64,000 nt of DNA from NCBI GenBank assembly GCA_965225855.1, contig CBDDCK010000004.1, positions 224,001-288,000 of the forward strand, in the 5' to 3' direction. Source of the DNA: Spirochaetia bacterium. Lineage in GTDB: Bacteria; Spirochaetota; Spirochaetia; SP-2023. The notes below the pieces were generated by a model. It did no database searches. It was not told the DNA's origin and saw only the letters and a list, made by a program, of their open reading frames with translations. Positions 7,630 through 16,652 of this stretch are shown piece by piece. A program made the position numbers and the translations under genes. Within the stretch, counting starts at the first letter, position 1, and the number at the start of each line of letters is the position of its first letter.

Positions 7630-9060
7630 ATGATTGCATTACTTTATTTATCGATAGCTTTTGGCTTGACTGGTATATTTATTGCCCATCGAAAGCAATT
7701 TAGCTTTTCCGTTCAAGTATTCTCGGCATTGTTAGCGGCTATATTGTTAGGCTGGCTCATTAATGTATTGCACAATAATTGGGCCATAGAAGCATCTGCA
7801 TTTAAGAACTGGATAGCATGGCTCAATTTTCTGGGGTACGGTTATGTAGACCTGCTGCGTATGGTTTCCATACCACTGATTATGATTTCTATTATTAGTG
7901 CTTTGGTAAACATCAATTACAAAGAAGATAAAGTGCTTAAAACGGTACTCATTATTTTGGCCACTCTGTTAATTACAGTGGTTCTTGCGGCTTTGGTTTC
8001 ATTGGTTGTTTCAGTGTTTTTGGGCCTAGATTCTTCTTCTCTAACGCCGGACGAAAAGAAATTGGCCAATTGGCAAGGGCGTATTAGTAAAATTGAAAGT
8101 GTGCCCGGGCTATTGCGTAGCTTATTGCCGAAAAATCCCTTTTTGGATATGACTGGCCAGCGCAGTTCTTCTATTGCAGCGGTTGTGATATTTAGCTTGT
8201 TCCTTTCTTGGGGATATTTGAGTTTGGATAAAGATGAGCGCAATGCCCAGCACTTAGATAACTTCCGCAATAGTGTCAATGCCTTACAAAAAGTGATTAT
8301 CAGCATGGTACGCAATGTATTAAAATTAACGCCCTATGGTGTTTTTGCGATTATGTTGCGTGTGGCTTCCAGTACCAATTTTGCTGCTTTACAAGAATTG
8401 GGCAAGTTTATAGCGGCTACTTATGTGGCACTTGGGCTAGTCTTTATTTTGCATTTGATCATTATTGGCTTGTTTGGTTATTCGCCCATTACTTATGTGA
8501 AAAAAGCTTGGCCCACATTGAGCTTTGCTTTTACTTCTCGTTCTTCAGCGGGCACGCTGCCATTGACGATTGAAACTCAAGAGCAAGCATTTGGTGTGAA
8601 AAGTAGCGTTGCTTCTATATCTTCTTCGTTAGGGACAACTATAGGGCAAAACGGTTGTGCTGGCGTATGGCCTGCCATGCTGGTTGTGATGATTTGGAAT
8701 GCCATTGGCCATAATATTGGTGTTTTGGACGTGCTTAGCCTGGTTGGGGTAATCTTAATATCTTCGCTTGGTGTTGCCGGTGTTGGTGGCGGTGCAACCT
8801 TTGCTTCTATTATGGTATTGAGTACTTTGGGGCTTAGCGAGCATTTGGCATTGGCTGTTGTACTCACTTCAATAGAATCCATTGCCGATATGGGGCGGAC
8901 CTTGGTCAATGTTTCAGGTTCTATGGTTTCGGGCTTGGTAACGGGGCGCATTACCAATGGAGTCGATCTAAGTATCTACAATAGCCAAGACAGTCAGGAG
9001 GATATCGTGGAGAATATTGCCAAAAAGAAGGGTAACAATGGGTGGACAACGAAAGCGTAG
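7630..9060 (+). CDS. tcyP: L-cystine:cation symporter (DAACS/SDF family, TcyP/YdjN type)
   Basis: FAFTSRSSAGTLP, GTTIGQNGCAGVWPAML (TcyP-subfamily signature), GVAGVGGGATFA, DMGRT. Start moved to ATG 7630, which follows AGGAGA. Confidence 0.85.
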   Translation: MIALLYLSIAFGLTGIFIAHRKQFSFSVQVFSALLAAILLGWLINVLHNNWAIEASAFKNWIAWLNFLGYGYVDLLRMVSIPLIMISIISALVNINYKEDKVLKTVLIILATLLITVVLAALVSLVVSVFLGLDSSSLTPDEKKLANWQGRISKIESVPGLLRSLLPKNPFLDMTGQRSSSIAAVVIFSLFLSWGYLSLDKDERNAQHLDNFRNSVNALQKVIISMVRNVLKLTPYGVFAIMLRVASSTNFAALQELGKFIAATYVALGLVFILHLIIIGLFGYSPITYVKKAWPTLSFAFTSRSSAGTLPLTIETQEQAFGVKSSVASISSSLGTTIGQNGCAGVWPAMLVVMIWNAIGHNIGVLDVLSLVGVILISSLGVAGVGGGATFASIMVLSTLGLSEHLALAVVLTSIESIADMGRTLVNVSGSMVSGLVTGRITNGVDLSIYNSQDSQEDIVENIAKKKGNNGWTTKA

Positions 9061-9094
9061 TAAATTTGTTTAGTGTTTTTATATTTTCCAGTAA

Positions 9095-9143
9095 AGCCGT
9101 GGGGGAGCTTACAAAGCCTAGGGGCCCTGCGGCTCTCTTTTTT
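9095..9143 (+). terminator. Probable terminator after tcyP
   Basis: agccgtggg…cctgcggct stem (with G-U pairs) followed by ctctttttt. Confidence 0.45.
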
Positions 9144-9180
9144 ACTTAAAGTGAGAAAATTTATTCTAGGTATATGCCCA

Positions 9181-9464
9181 AAGTTATTTGTGTATATCAC
9201 CCAAGTTCTTCCCGTATTTAGCCGAGGCGCGAACCGTGAATTACCCGAGCAATTCACGCAGATAACTTTGCTTATTTTTATGCTGCGGTTGAGCAAGCCG
9301 TTCGGCAACAGAATATACCAGTTGTCTTGGGCTTTGGCGTTAAAGGGTCCACCGAAGTGCGCCAGCTTTGTGAGTTTGCCACAGGTTTTGTGATTGGTAC
9401 AGTTGCAGTCAAGCTGCAAGGAAATTTAATTGAGTATCGTAAATTTCTTGCATCGTTATCTTAG
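9181..9464 (+). pseudogene. trpA: Remnant of tryptophan synthase alpha chain (C-terminal third)
   Basis: One frame reads KLFVYITQV…GANRELPEQF; the shifted frame reads AVRQQNIPVVLGFGVKGSTEVRQLCEFATGFVIGTVAVK…*, resembling TrpA 'PVxVGFGI…ADGVIVGS'. Confidence 0.55.
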
Positions 9465-9568
9465 TTGTTTCTAAAATAAAGTTTAAAGTCTGTAACCGAT
9501 GGCCTTAGTATCAATTTTGATGGCAAAAAAATTAAGAAGAATTATCAGCATATATTTGAATATAATAC

Positions 9569-9597
9569 TTGCTTTCTATTTCATAAATATGTATAAT
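9569..9597 (+). promoter_or_regulatory. Sigma-70-type promoter
   Basis: TTGCTT, 17 nt, TATAAT, about 30 nt upstream of ATG 9629. Confidence 0.6.
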
Positions 9598-9628
9598 GCG
9601 TTATCGTATTCAAAAAGGAGCTTGGATT

Positions 9629-10534
9629 ATGAGATTAGTTACTCGGTCTGACTTTGATGGGATTGTATGTTGTGTTCTCTTAGAAGAGGCAGGAATTACA
9701 AATTCTCGCTTGTATTGCCACCCTAAAGATTTACAAGATGGTAAAATCCCTATTACAAAAGATGACGTGCTGGCAAATGTTCCCTATGTGGAAGGTTGTG
9801 GCCTTTGGTTTGATCATCATAAATCAAATATTGCCCACGCACCAAAAGATTTTAAGGGAAAAGCTTATTTGGCCCCGAGTGCTGCCCGTATTATTTGGGA
9901 TTATTACGGTAGCGAAGAAAAATTTGGCTGTGAATACCAACCTTTAATGCGTGATGTCGATAAAGTTGATTCGGCCTCTTTGACTAAAGAAGATATTTTG
10001 AATCCCTGTGGCTGGGTTATGTTGGGTTTTATTATAGACCCGCGTACAGGTTTGGGGCATCATCATCATTTTAGGATTAGTAACTATCAGCTAATGCAGG
10101 ATATGGTTGGACTCATTCGCACCAAGAATCTTGAGGAAATTTTGGAATATCCAGACGTGTATGATCGTTTTACTTTTTATTACCAGAAGGTTTCCGAGAG
10201 TATTTCCATTATTCAAGAAAATTGTCGGAAAGTAGGTAAGACCGTTATATTTGAGACTCGCTATATAGATCATATGCCTGTAGGAAATAGATTTTTGATT
10301 TATGGACTGTATTCGGAATGTGATACCAGTATACAAATTGGCTGGGGTAAAAATAAAGAAAAAGTGTTTATTGCAGTTGGAAAAAGTATTTTGGATCGTT
10401 CAAATAATACCGATATCAGCGCTATCTTAAGTGTATATGGTGGCGGTGGTCATAATAATGTGGGTACTTGTCAGGTTGAGCTTGATCAAGTAGACGCTGT
10501 TATTCAAGATATTACCGCTAAGTTGAATCAATAA
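9629..10534 (+). CDS. DHH-family phosphoesterase (exopolyphosphatase-related/nanoRNase-like)
   Basis: RLVTRSDFDG, WFDHH and C-terminal GGGGH motifs; AAGGAG RBS before ATG 9629. Confidence 0.85.
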   Translation: MRLVTRSDFDGIVCCVLLEEAGITNSRLYCHPKDLQDGKIPITKDDVLANVPYVEGCGLWFDHHKSNIAHAPKDFKGKAYLAPSAARIIWDYYGSEEKFGCEYQPLMRDVDKVDSASLTKEDILNPCGWVMLGFIIDPRTGLGHHHHFRISNYQLMQDMVGLIRTKNLEEILEYPDVYDRFTFYYQKVSESISIIQENCRKVGKTVIFETRYIDHMPVGNRFLIYGLYSECDTSIQIGWGKNKEKVFIAVGKSILDRSNNTDISAILSVYGGGGHNNVGTCQVELDQVDAVIQDITAKLNQ

Positions 10535-10565
10535 TAAAAATAAAATTACAAAAGGAAGGTTTTTA

Positions 10566-11753
10566 ATGGCAACAATTATTTTATCTCCCCTAGTAGTCGG
10601 TGCTGTTATTGCGTTGCTGGGGCTGTTGATTTCAATTTTAGACAGTATTGTCAATAATTATGGTGATGTGGTGGTCAATATTAACGACCATACCAAAGAT
10701 TTAACGGTTAAGGGTGGTGCGCCATTGTTGCGCAGTTTATCACAGGAAAAGATTTTCGTTCCTTCTGCATGTGGCGGTAAAGGTAGTTGTGGTGCTTGTA
10801 AAACGATTGTTAAATCTGATGTTGGGCCTCATCTGCCAACTGAATTGCCTTATCTTTCTAAAGCAGAATTAGAAAGCAATGTTCGGCTTGCTTGTCAAGT
10901 CAAGGTGAAAAAAGATATTGACATTGAAATACCAGAAGAGCTGTTTAACGTACAAGAATATCATGCTAAGGTAGAAAGCAAGCGCGTGATGACCTATGAT
11001 ATTGTCGAGCTATATTTAAAGTTAGATAATGCTATTAAATTTAAGCCCGGTATGTATATGCAGCTAATCATTCCGTCTTATAAACCAAAGAATAAAGGTG
11101 ATTTTTCTTTTAAAGGGCAGACGATGCGTGCCTATTCTATTTCTTCTCCTCCTTCTGACAATGAACATGCTGAATTTTTAATACGTTCTATGCCTCCTGG
11201 AAAACCTGGAATTGCTACTACTTATGTGCATGACCATCTGGAGGGAGGAACATCTATAGATGTTGTCGGCCCGTTTGGAGATTTTTATCTTCGAGAAACA
11301 GATGCTACTATGGTTTGTGTTGGTGGTGGTTCTGGAATGGCCCCCTTCCGTTCTATATTGCGTTATATGAAAGAACATGGAATGACTCACCGTGAGGTTT
11401 GGTATTTTTTTGGTTGTCGCGATTATCCAGATATTTATTATTTGGAAGAAATGCGAGCCCTTGAAAAAGAATGGCCTAAATTTCGCTGCGTTTACGCTCT
11501 TTCTGATAAAGAATTGCACGAGCCAGAAGAGTGGGACGAAGAAAAATTCGGTTCAAAGGATAGGATCATAACAGGGCCTAGGGCGCGAATTGATTTTGTG
11601 GTTGACGATCACTTGAAAAAACATATTAAGTCCCCTGAAGCAGGATTAGAAGGATATATGTGTGGTTCGCCCATTATGATTAAAGGTTGTACTGCAATAT
11701 TACTGGCTAATGGTATACCAAAAGACAAAATTTACAATGATGAATTCTCTTAA
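10566..11753 (+). CDS. NqrF-like membrane-anchored 2Fe-2S/FAD/NAD(P)H oxidoreductase
   Basis: N-terminal TM helix; SACGGKGSCGAC…RLACQ; RAYS; GPFGDF; GGGSGMAP; YMCGSP. Confidence 0.85.
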   Translation: MATIILSPLVVGAVIALLGLLISILDSIVNNYGDVVVNINDHTKDLTVKGGAPLLRSLSQEKIFVPSACGGKGSCGACKTIVKSDVGPHLPTELPYLSKAELESNVRLACQVKVKKDIDIEIPEELFNVQEYHAKVESKRVMTYDIVELYLKLDNAIKFKPGMYMQLIIPSYKPKNKGDFSFKGQTMRAYSISSPPSDNEHAEFLIRSMPPGKPGIATTYVHDHLEGGTSIDVVGPFGDFYLRETDATMVCVGGGSGMAPFRSILRYMKEHGMTHREVWYFFGCRDYPDIYYLEEMRALEKEWPKFRCVYALSDKELHEPEEWDEEKFGSKDRIITGPRARIDFVVDDHLKKHIKSPEAGLEGYMCGSPIMIKGCTAILLANGIPKDKIYNDEFS

Positions 11754-11799
11754 GATGGATTTCAATCTTTCTTACTTAGGTTTATTTGAGGTTTGAGTT

Positions 11800-11843
11800 A
11801 GGAACAGTTTTTCAGATTTCTGTTTATCTGTAAAGCTGTTCCT
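11800..11843 (+). terminator. Stem-loop between the nqrF-like and nifU-like genes
   Basis: aggaacagtt…agctgttcct outer stem with an inner cagat/atctg stem. Confidence 0.45.
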
Positions 11844-11873
11844 TCGTCTTATTGTACAAAAGAAGGTAAAAGT

Positions 11874-12122
11874 ATGACTTTTGATGAAGTAAATGAAGTG
11901 TTGCAAGAGATAAGGCCTGCATTACAAGGTGATGGTGGGGATATTGATCTAATAGAAGTTAAAGAAGATGGGGAAATCGTAGTACAGATGACTGGTGCTT
12001 GTCGAGGTTGCCCTATGTCTTTGATGACTTTGAAACAAGGTATTGAGCGTTATCTTATGAGTCGTTTTCCTGAAATTACAGAAGTAAATGCTATTGGGCT
12101 GGAAATACCTTTTTCATATTGA
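11874..12122 (+). CDS. NifU C-terminal/NfuA-type Fe-S scaffold protein
   Basis: IRPALQGDGGDI…GACRGCPMS…TLKQGIE. Confidence 0.92.
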   Translation: MTFDEVNEVLQEIRPALQGDGGDIDLIEVKEDGEIVVQMTGACRGCPMSLMTLKQGIERYLMSRFPEITEVNAIGLEIPFSY

Positions 12123-13231
12123 TTGCAATGTTTGATGTTTTGAATTTATTTGTAAACTGGTCAATACGTAGTATTTTTGGTTTTGTTTTTTGTTTTCTAA
12201 GTATGGCTGGTGCCCTGCGAGCGGAATCTGATCTTGTAAAAATGGGAAATGTGCTGCCAGGGGTAGATGAAATTCAGCTTAGCTCTGTAGAGTGGGAAAG
12301 TTTGGGATTTTCTTTTGATGGTCAATTTTTTGCTAGTATGACTTATGGTGTTGAGCATAATTTAGCAGAAGCTAAAAGCTATTTCTTTGCTAGATTGTCC
12401 ATTGTGCAACTTCGGGGGCAAAATGATGAATTGGTGTACGAACGGACTTTAAGGTGTAGTGGAACTTTTAAAAAAGGTCTTGTAGCTCGTTCTATTATGC
12501 AGGATTTGTTGCGGCGTGAAAGTAGGGAGCTTCGCAAGTTTCAGATTGAAGCTTTGGAACAAGGGGAAATACTACTTTCTCCAAAAATGGGTGAAAAAAT
12601 AACAGAATTAGAGAAAAAAGATGAAACGAAAGCTGGGCGGGAAGAAATAGCTGGAACAATGAACAATCCGTCAAATGGTAGTTTAGCCAATGAAGATACT
12701 AATGTTCTGTTTGTTGAAATGGAATCGAATGAGTTAAACCCTTCAGTTCAAGATAATAGCAAGAGTGATACTTTTTCTATTTTGCTGGAAAAGCTCCGAC
12801 AAACAGAAGAGATGCAAAGTATGGTAAAACAAAATATGCTTAATTTTTCTGGTATTCTAAACCGAGTTTATGTGATAACTCGAAATGTTAATACTACTGT
12901 GTTTCAACTGAAGCAGTTGCGGCTAGATAGTCTCAATTCTTTGCGAGGGCAAATCATTGTTTTGCAATCTAAAGGCTTTCCGCATAAATATGTGTTCCAA
13001 AAAAATTGGAATACGCTACTACAACATAATATTCAAAAATATACTCAACTTATTTTGCGTCCAATATTTATTACTTTATCTCCCGATATGGAACATCTGC
13101 TGCTAACCGTGCAAATACATGTTGATGATATGGAAGAAGAGAAAATGGCAGAAAATACTTTGACAATGGAGACAGAATTTGAAAACAATGACAATTATGC
13201 ATTTGCAACATTTTCAGTACAAGTTTATTAA
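12119..13231 (+). CDS. Hypothetical secreted protein (DUF2259-like N-terminus)
   Basis: Long ORF with a signal-like segment; 'LGFSFDGQFFASMTYGV' resembles DUF2259. Start uncertain. Confidence 0.45.
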   Translation: MIAMFDVLNLFVNWSIRSIFGFVFCFLSMAGALRAESDLVKMGNVLPGVDEIQLSSVEWESLGFSFDGQFFASMTYGVEHNLAEAKSYFFARLSIVQLRGQNDELVYERTLRCSGTFKKGLVARSIMQDLLRRESRELRKFQIEALEQGEILLSPKMGEKITELEKKDETKAGREEIAGTMNNPSNGSLANEDTNVLFVEMESNELNPSVQDNSKSDTFSILLEKLRQTEEMQSMVKQNMLNFSGILNRVYVITRNVNTTVFQLKQLRLDSLNSLRGQIIVLQSKGFPHKYVFQKNWNTLLQHNIQKYTQLILRPIFITLSPDMEHLLLTVQIHVDDMEEEKMAENTLTMETEFENNDNYAFATFSVQVY

Positions 13232-13265
13232 AATATTTTGATTTCAAAAAATAAAGGAGGTTTTT

Positions 13266-13697
13266 ATGAAACAACAATTACAAATCACAAACATAGAAGG
13301 CGATAATATAAAACTTAGTGCAGAGCCAGTCCGTTCCTTTATGGGGCAAAAGGAGCGCAGCTTTTGGATAAAAAATAGCCAGAATATGGAGCTAGAGCAG
13401 GGTGCTTGGGTAGAAGTTTGTTATCCTTCGAGCCGTAGTTTGTTGGATGTTTTTTTGTTGTTGATGTTGCCAGTGCTGTTAATAGTTGCAATAGCTCACT
13501 TACTTCCGGCTACTATGTCGCAACTCAATCAGGTTTTGATCTCTTTAAGTGGTTTGCCTATAGGGATAACTATTTTTGCTTTGAGTCAAAAAATATTGCC
13601 AAAAATGCAACCAGAAATAGTTCGTGTGCTTAGTCCCGATGAATATACGGGCCAGAGCTCGGGTTGTGGTTCGGGCTGCGTTTGTAAAGCAATATGA
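13266..13697 (+). CDS. RseC/MucC (SoxR-reducing system) family membrane protein
   Basis: 'LEQGAWVEV…LLLMLPVLL' followed by two TM helices and 'PEIVRVL'; strong RBS AGGAGG. Confidence 0.6.
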   Translation: MKQQLQITNIEGDNIKLSAEPVRSFMGQKERSFWIKNSQNMELEQGAWVEVCYPSSRSLLDVFLLLMLPVLLIVAIAHLLPATMSQLNQVLISLSGLPIGITIFALSQKILPKMQPEIVRVLSPDEYTGQSSGCGSGCVCKAI

Positions 13698-13749
13698 TTT
13701 GCGTTTGTTTTAGAAGCTCTGGAATCTGTTATAAAAACTAGGAGGGACT

Positions 13750-15504
13750 ATGCCTAGCATTGAAGAAATTCGCCACTCATTGGCCCATGTCATGGCTTAT
13801 GCTGTGAAAGAGCTGTATGGGAAGGTGAAAATGGGTGTTGGGCCAACGACATCGAGTGGTTTTTATTATGATTTAGATTTGGAGCATCGTATTAATCAAA
13901 GCGACCTTCAGCAAATTGAAGGCAAAATGCAAGAATTGATAAGGCAAAAGTATGACTTTGTGCGTGAAGAAGTTTCGGTAACAGAGGCCCGGCTGCGTTT
14001 TGCCGGCGACCGTTACAAAATGGAATTGATAGAGAATATTGTCCAGCGCGGTGAAAATATAAGTTTATATCGCTGTGGCGATTTTGTTGATTTGTGTCGA
14101 GGCCCCCATGTGGAAAATATGGCTCAAATTCCCAAAAAAGCTTTTCGGTTAGTTTCGATTGCGGGTTCTTATTGGCGTGGAGATGAGACAAATCCCATGA
14201 TGCAAAGGATTTATGGTTTTGCTTTTGAGAGCCCGACTGAATTAAAAGAGCATATTCATTTAATGGAAAAAATAAAGAAACGTGACCATCGTAAACTGGG
14301 CCCAGAATTGGACTTATTCTCTTTGCATGAAGAAGCTGGCTCTGGACTTGTGTATTGGCATCCTAAGGGGGGACGACTGCGTGTTGCACTGGAAAATTAC
14401 TGGAGGCAAGAGCATCTTGATAGCGGTTATGAAATTATTTTTACACCGCACATGGGACGTTCTTGGTTGTGGCAAACTTCAGGGCATTTAGATTTTTATG
14501 CTGATGGTATGTTTTTTCCAATGAAGATTGATGAGCATGAATATTATATGAAACCGATGAATTGCCCTTTTCACATCATGATTTACCAAAATAGCAAGCA
14601 TTCCTATCGGGATTTGCCATTTCGCTGGGCTGAATTGGGTACGGTTTATCGTTATGAGCGTTCGGGTACTATGCATGGTTTAATGCGAGTTCGTGGTTTT
14701 ACCCAAGATGATGCACATATTTTTTGTACACACGAACAGGTAGAAGAAGAAATACTGCAAGTACTTTGTTTTTCTTTAAATATGCTTAGAACATTTGGTT
14801 TTCAAAAAATTTCGGCTTATCTTTCAACCCGTCCTAAAAAAGCGGTTGGGGATTCTAAACGTTGGGAATTGGCCCAAAAGTCTTTGTTGGCCGCTTTGGA
14901 GAAAGAAGCAATTCCCTACAATATTGATGAAGGAGGGGGTGCTTTTTATGGCCCCAAAATTGATTTAAAAGTAGAAGATGCGATGAAACGGGAGTGGCAA
15001 CTTTCAACGATTCAATTTGATTTTAATTTGCCCGAACGCTTTAACATTTATTATACAGCTAAAGATGGTAGCAAGCAGCGGCCGTATATGGTTCATCGCG
15101 CTTTGCTCGGTTCGATTGAACGTTTTTTTGGTGTTTTGATCGAGCATTACGGTGGCTTTTTTCCATTTTGGCTCTCGCCCGTGCAAATAGCCATTATTCC
15201 TATACGCTTAGAACACAAGATGGCAGCAGATAAAATTTATGCAAAACTGAAAGAACTGGGTTTTCGGCTCAATTACCTAGAACGCGATGAGAATTTAAAT
15301 GCTAAAATTAAACGAGCTCAAAAAGATAAAACACCTTATATTCTGGTTATTGGTGATAAAGAAGCATCAAAAGGTATGCTTGCAGTGCGTATGCGTGGTA
15401 ATATTCAGCTTAGCGATGTCAGCCAATCGGCATTTGTTGCAGGCTGTATTCAACTACAAAAAGAACGCAGTACAGAATTGCTCTCAGATTTTTCTGTATT
15501 GTAA
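13750..15504 (+). CDS. thrS: Threonyl-tRNA synthetase (lacks N-terminal TGS domain)
   Basis: RHSLAHVMA, DLCRGPH, RDHRKLG, KPMNCP, RVRGFTQDDAH, AFYGPKID, HRALLGSIERF. Confidence 0.98.
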   Translation: MPSIEEIRHSLAHVMAYAVKELYGKVKMGVGPTTSSGFYYDLDLEHRINQSDLQQIEGKMQELIRQKYDFVREEVSVTEARLRFAGDRYKMELIENIVQRGENISLYRCGDFVDLCRGPHVENMAQIPKKAFRLVSIAGSYWRGDETNPMMQRIYGFAFESPTELKEHIHLMEKIKKRDHRKLGPELDLFSLHEEAGSGLVYWHPKGGRLRVALENYWRQEHLDSGYEIIFTPHMGRSWLWQTSGHLDFYADGMFFPMKIDEHEYYMKPMNCPFHIMIYQNSKHSYRDLPFRWAELGTVYRYERSGTMHGLMRVRGFTQDDAHIFCTHEQVEEEILQVLCFSLNMLRTFGFQKISAYLSTRPKKAVGDSKRWELAQKSLLAALEKEAIPYNIDEGGGAFYGPKIDLKVEDAMKREWQLSTIQFDFNLPERFNIYYTAKDGSKQRPYMVHRALLGSIERFFGVLIEHYGGFFPFWLSPVQIAIIPIRLEHKMAADKIYAKLKELGFRLNYLERDENLNAKIKRAQKDKTPYILVIGDKEASKGMLAVRMRGNIQLSDVSQSAFVAGCIQLQKERSTELLSDFSVL

Positions 15505-15673
15505 TTGTAGGAGCTAGAAGCACATTTTTAGCATTGTAACTTTGGGTAACAGCAAGCTTAATTGTAATCTAGCTTTTCCAGAATTTATTTCTTGTAAAAT
15601 AGCTGTTGTTCTGTCATATTTCTTTAGAATAATAAAAATACTACTTAAAGATAAGTAAAATAGGAATAGAGGC

Positions 15674-16633
15674 TTGGAAGATATTAAACAACTATGGGCG
15701 AATCTTGGTCGTAAACTCTGGTCTATAATTGTTCCTCCTGGGAGTCCGCAAGAATATTTGCTGGAACTGTGCTTGAGCTTTTGGGATTATGGGGCGCCTA
15801 TTGTTGGGATTCTAATATTAGCCTTGTTGCTTTATACTGGTTACAATGCTTTTGTTGCTGTTGGAGCCCAGGAATTATTATACGGAGTCTCTACTGTAGG
15901 GTTGTTATATTTGGTAGCATTAGTATTGCGTTTAGAATTTTTACTATGGGCTCTGCAGCGAATTATCCCAACTTTGGTTGTAGTATTGGCTGTTATCTTG
16001 CAGCCAGAATTGCGGCGAATTTTTGTACAAATTGGCCGCCAGAGTAATTTGTATCAGACTCAACGCCATTCATACCAAGATTTGCGTGTGATTGAGGATA
16101 TAGCTCAAGCGTGCGAAATTCTTTCTAATAGCGAGCGTGGTGCTTTAATTATTTTTAGCCGTGAGAATATTTTACGCCATATTACCAGTACTGGTACTGT
16201 TTTAGATGCTAAGCCGAGTACAGAATTAATCGTTTCACTTTTTGCCTATGATACGCCACTACATGATGGGGCTGTAATACTCAACCGTTCACGGCTAATG
16301 GCTGCGGGCTGTATTTTGCCGATAGACCCTGAAGAAACAAGTTTATTATCGATGAAATTGGGTACTCGTCATCGTTCTGCAATGAGTTTGGCGCGCAATA
16401 CAGATGCTGTAATCCTAATTGTTTCAGAAGAATCTGGCCATATTTCTTTAGCTTTTGACAGTATGATGGACTCCCATCTTAGCAGAGCCCGAACGGTAGA
16501 AATTTTGCGTGAATTGCTGCTCAATGAACATAGCGATTCTTCCAAATGGCTATCCAGATGGTTTCGCTTTGGTTCCCAGAAAGCGAAATTAATTGTGTCT
16601 TTAGTAAAGTACAAACCTAAAAATCATCAATAA
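15674..16633 (+). CDS. cdaA: Diadenylate cyclase CdaA/DacA
   Basis: Three TM helices, QPELRR, TPLHDGA, LGTRHRSA, VSEESG. Confidence 0.93.
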   Translation: MEDIKQLWANLGRKLWSIIVPPGSPQEYLLELCLSFWDYGAPIVGILILALLLYTGYNAFVAVGAQELLYGVSTVGLLYLVALVLRLEFLLWALQRIIPTLVVVLAVILQPELRRIFVQIGRQSNLYQTQRHSYQDLRVIEDIAQACEILSNSERGALIIFSRENILRHITSTGTVLDAKPSTELIVSLFAYDTPLHDGAVILNRSRLMAAGCILPIDPEETSLLSMKLGTRHRSAMSLARNTDAVILIVSEESGHISLAFDSMMDSHLSRARTVEILRELLLNEHSDSSKWLSRWFRFGSQKAKLIVSLVKYKPKNHQ

Positions 16634-16652
16634 TTTTCAGAGAATTTTGAGC

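Noticed and set aside
8994..9419. ORFs 8994-9419 (-) and 9073-9393 (+) as real genes
   Set aside because: No RBS or motifs; they overlap the terminator and the trpA-like remnant.
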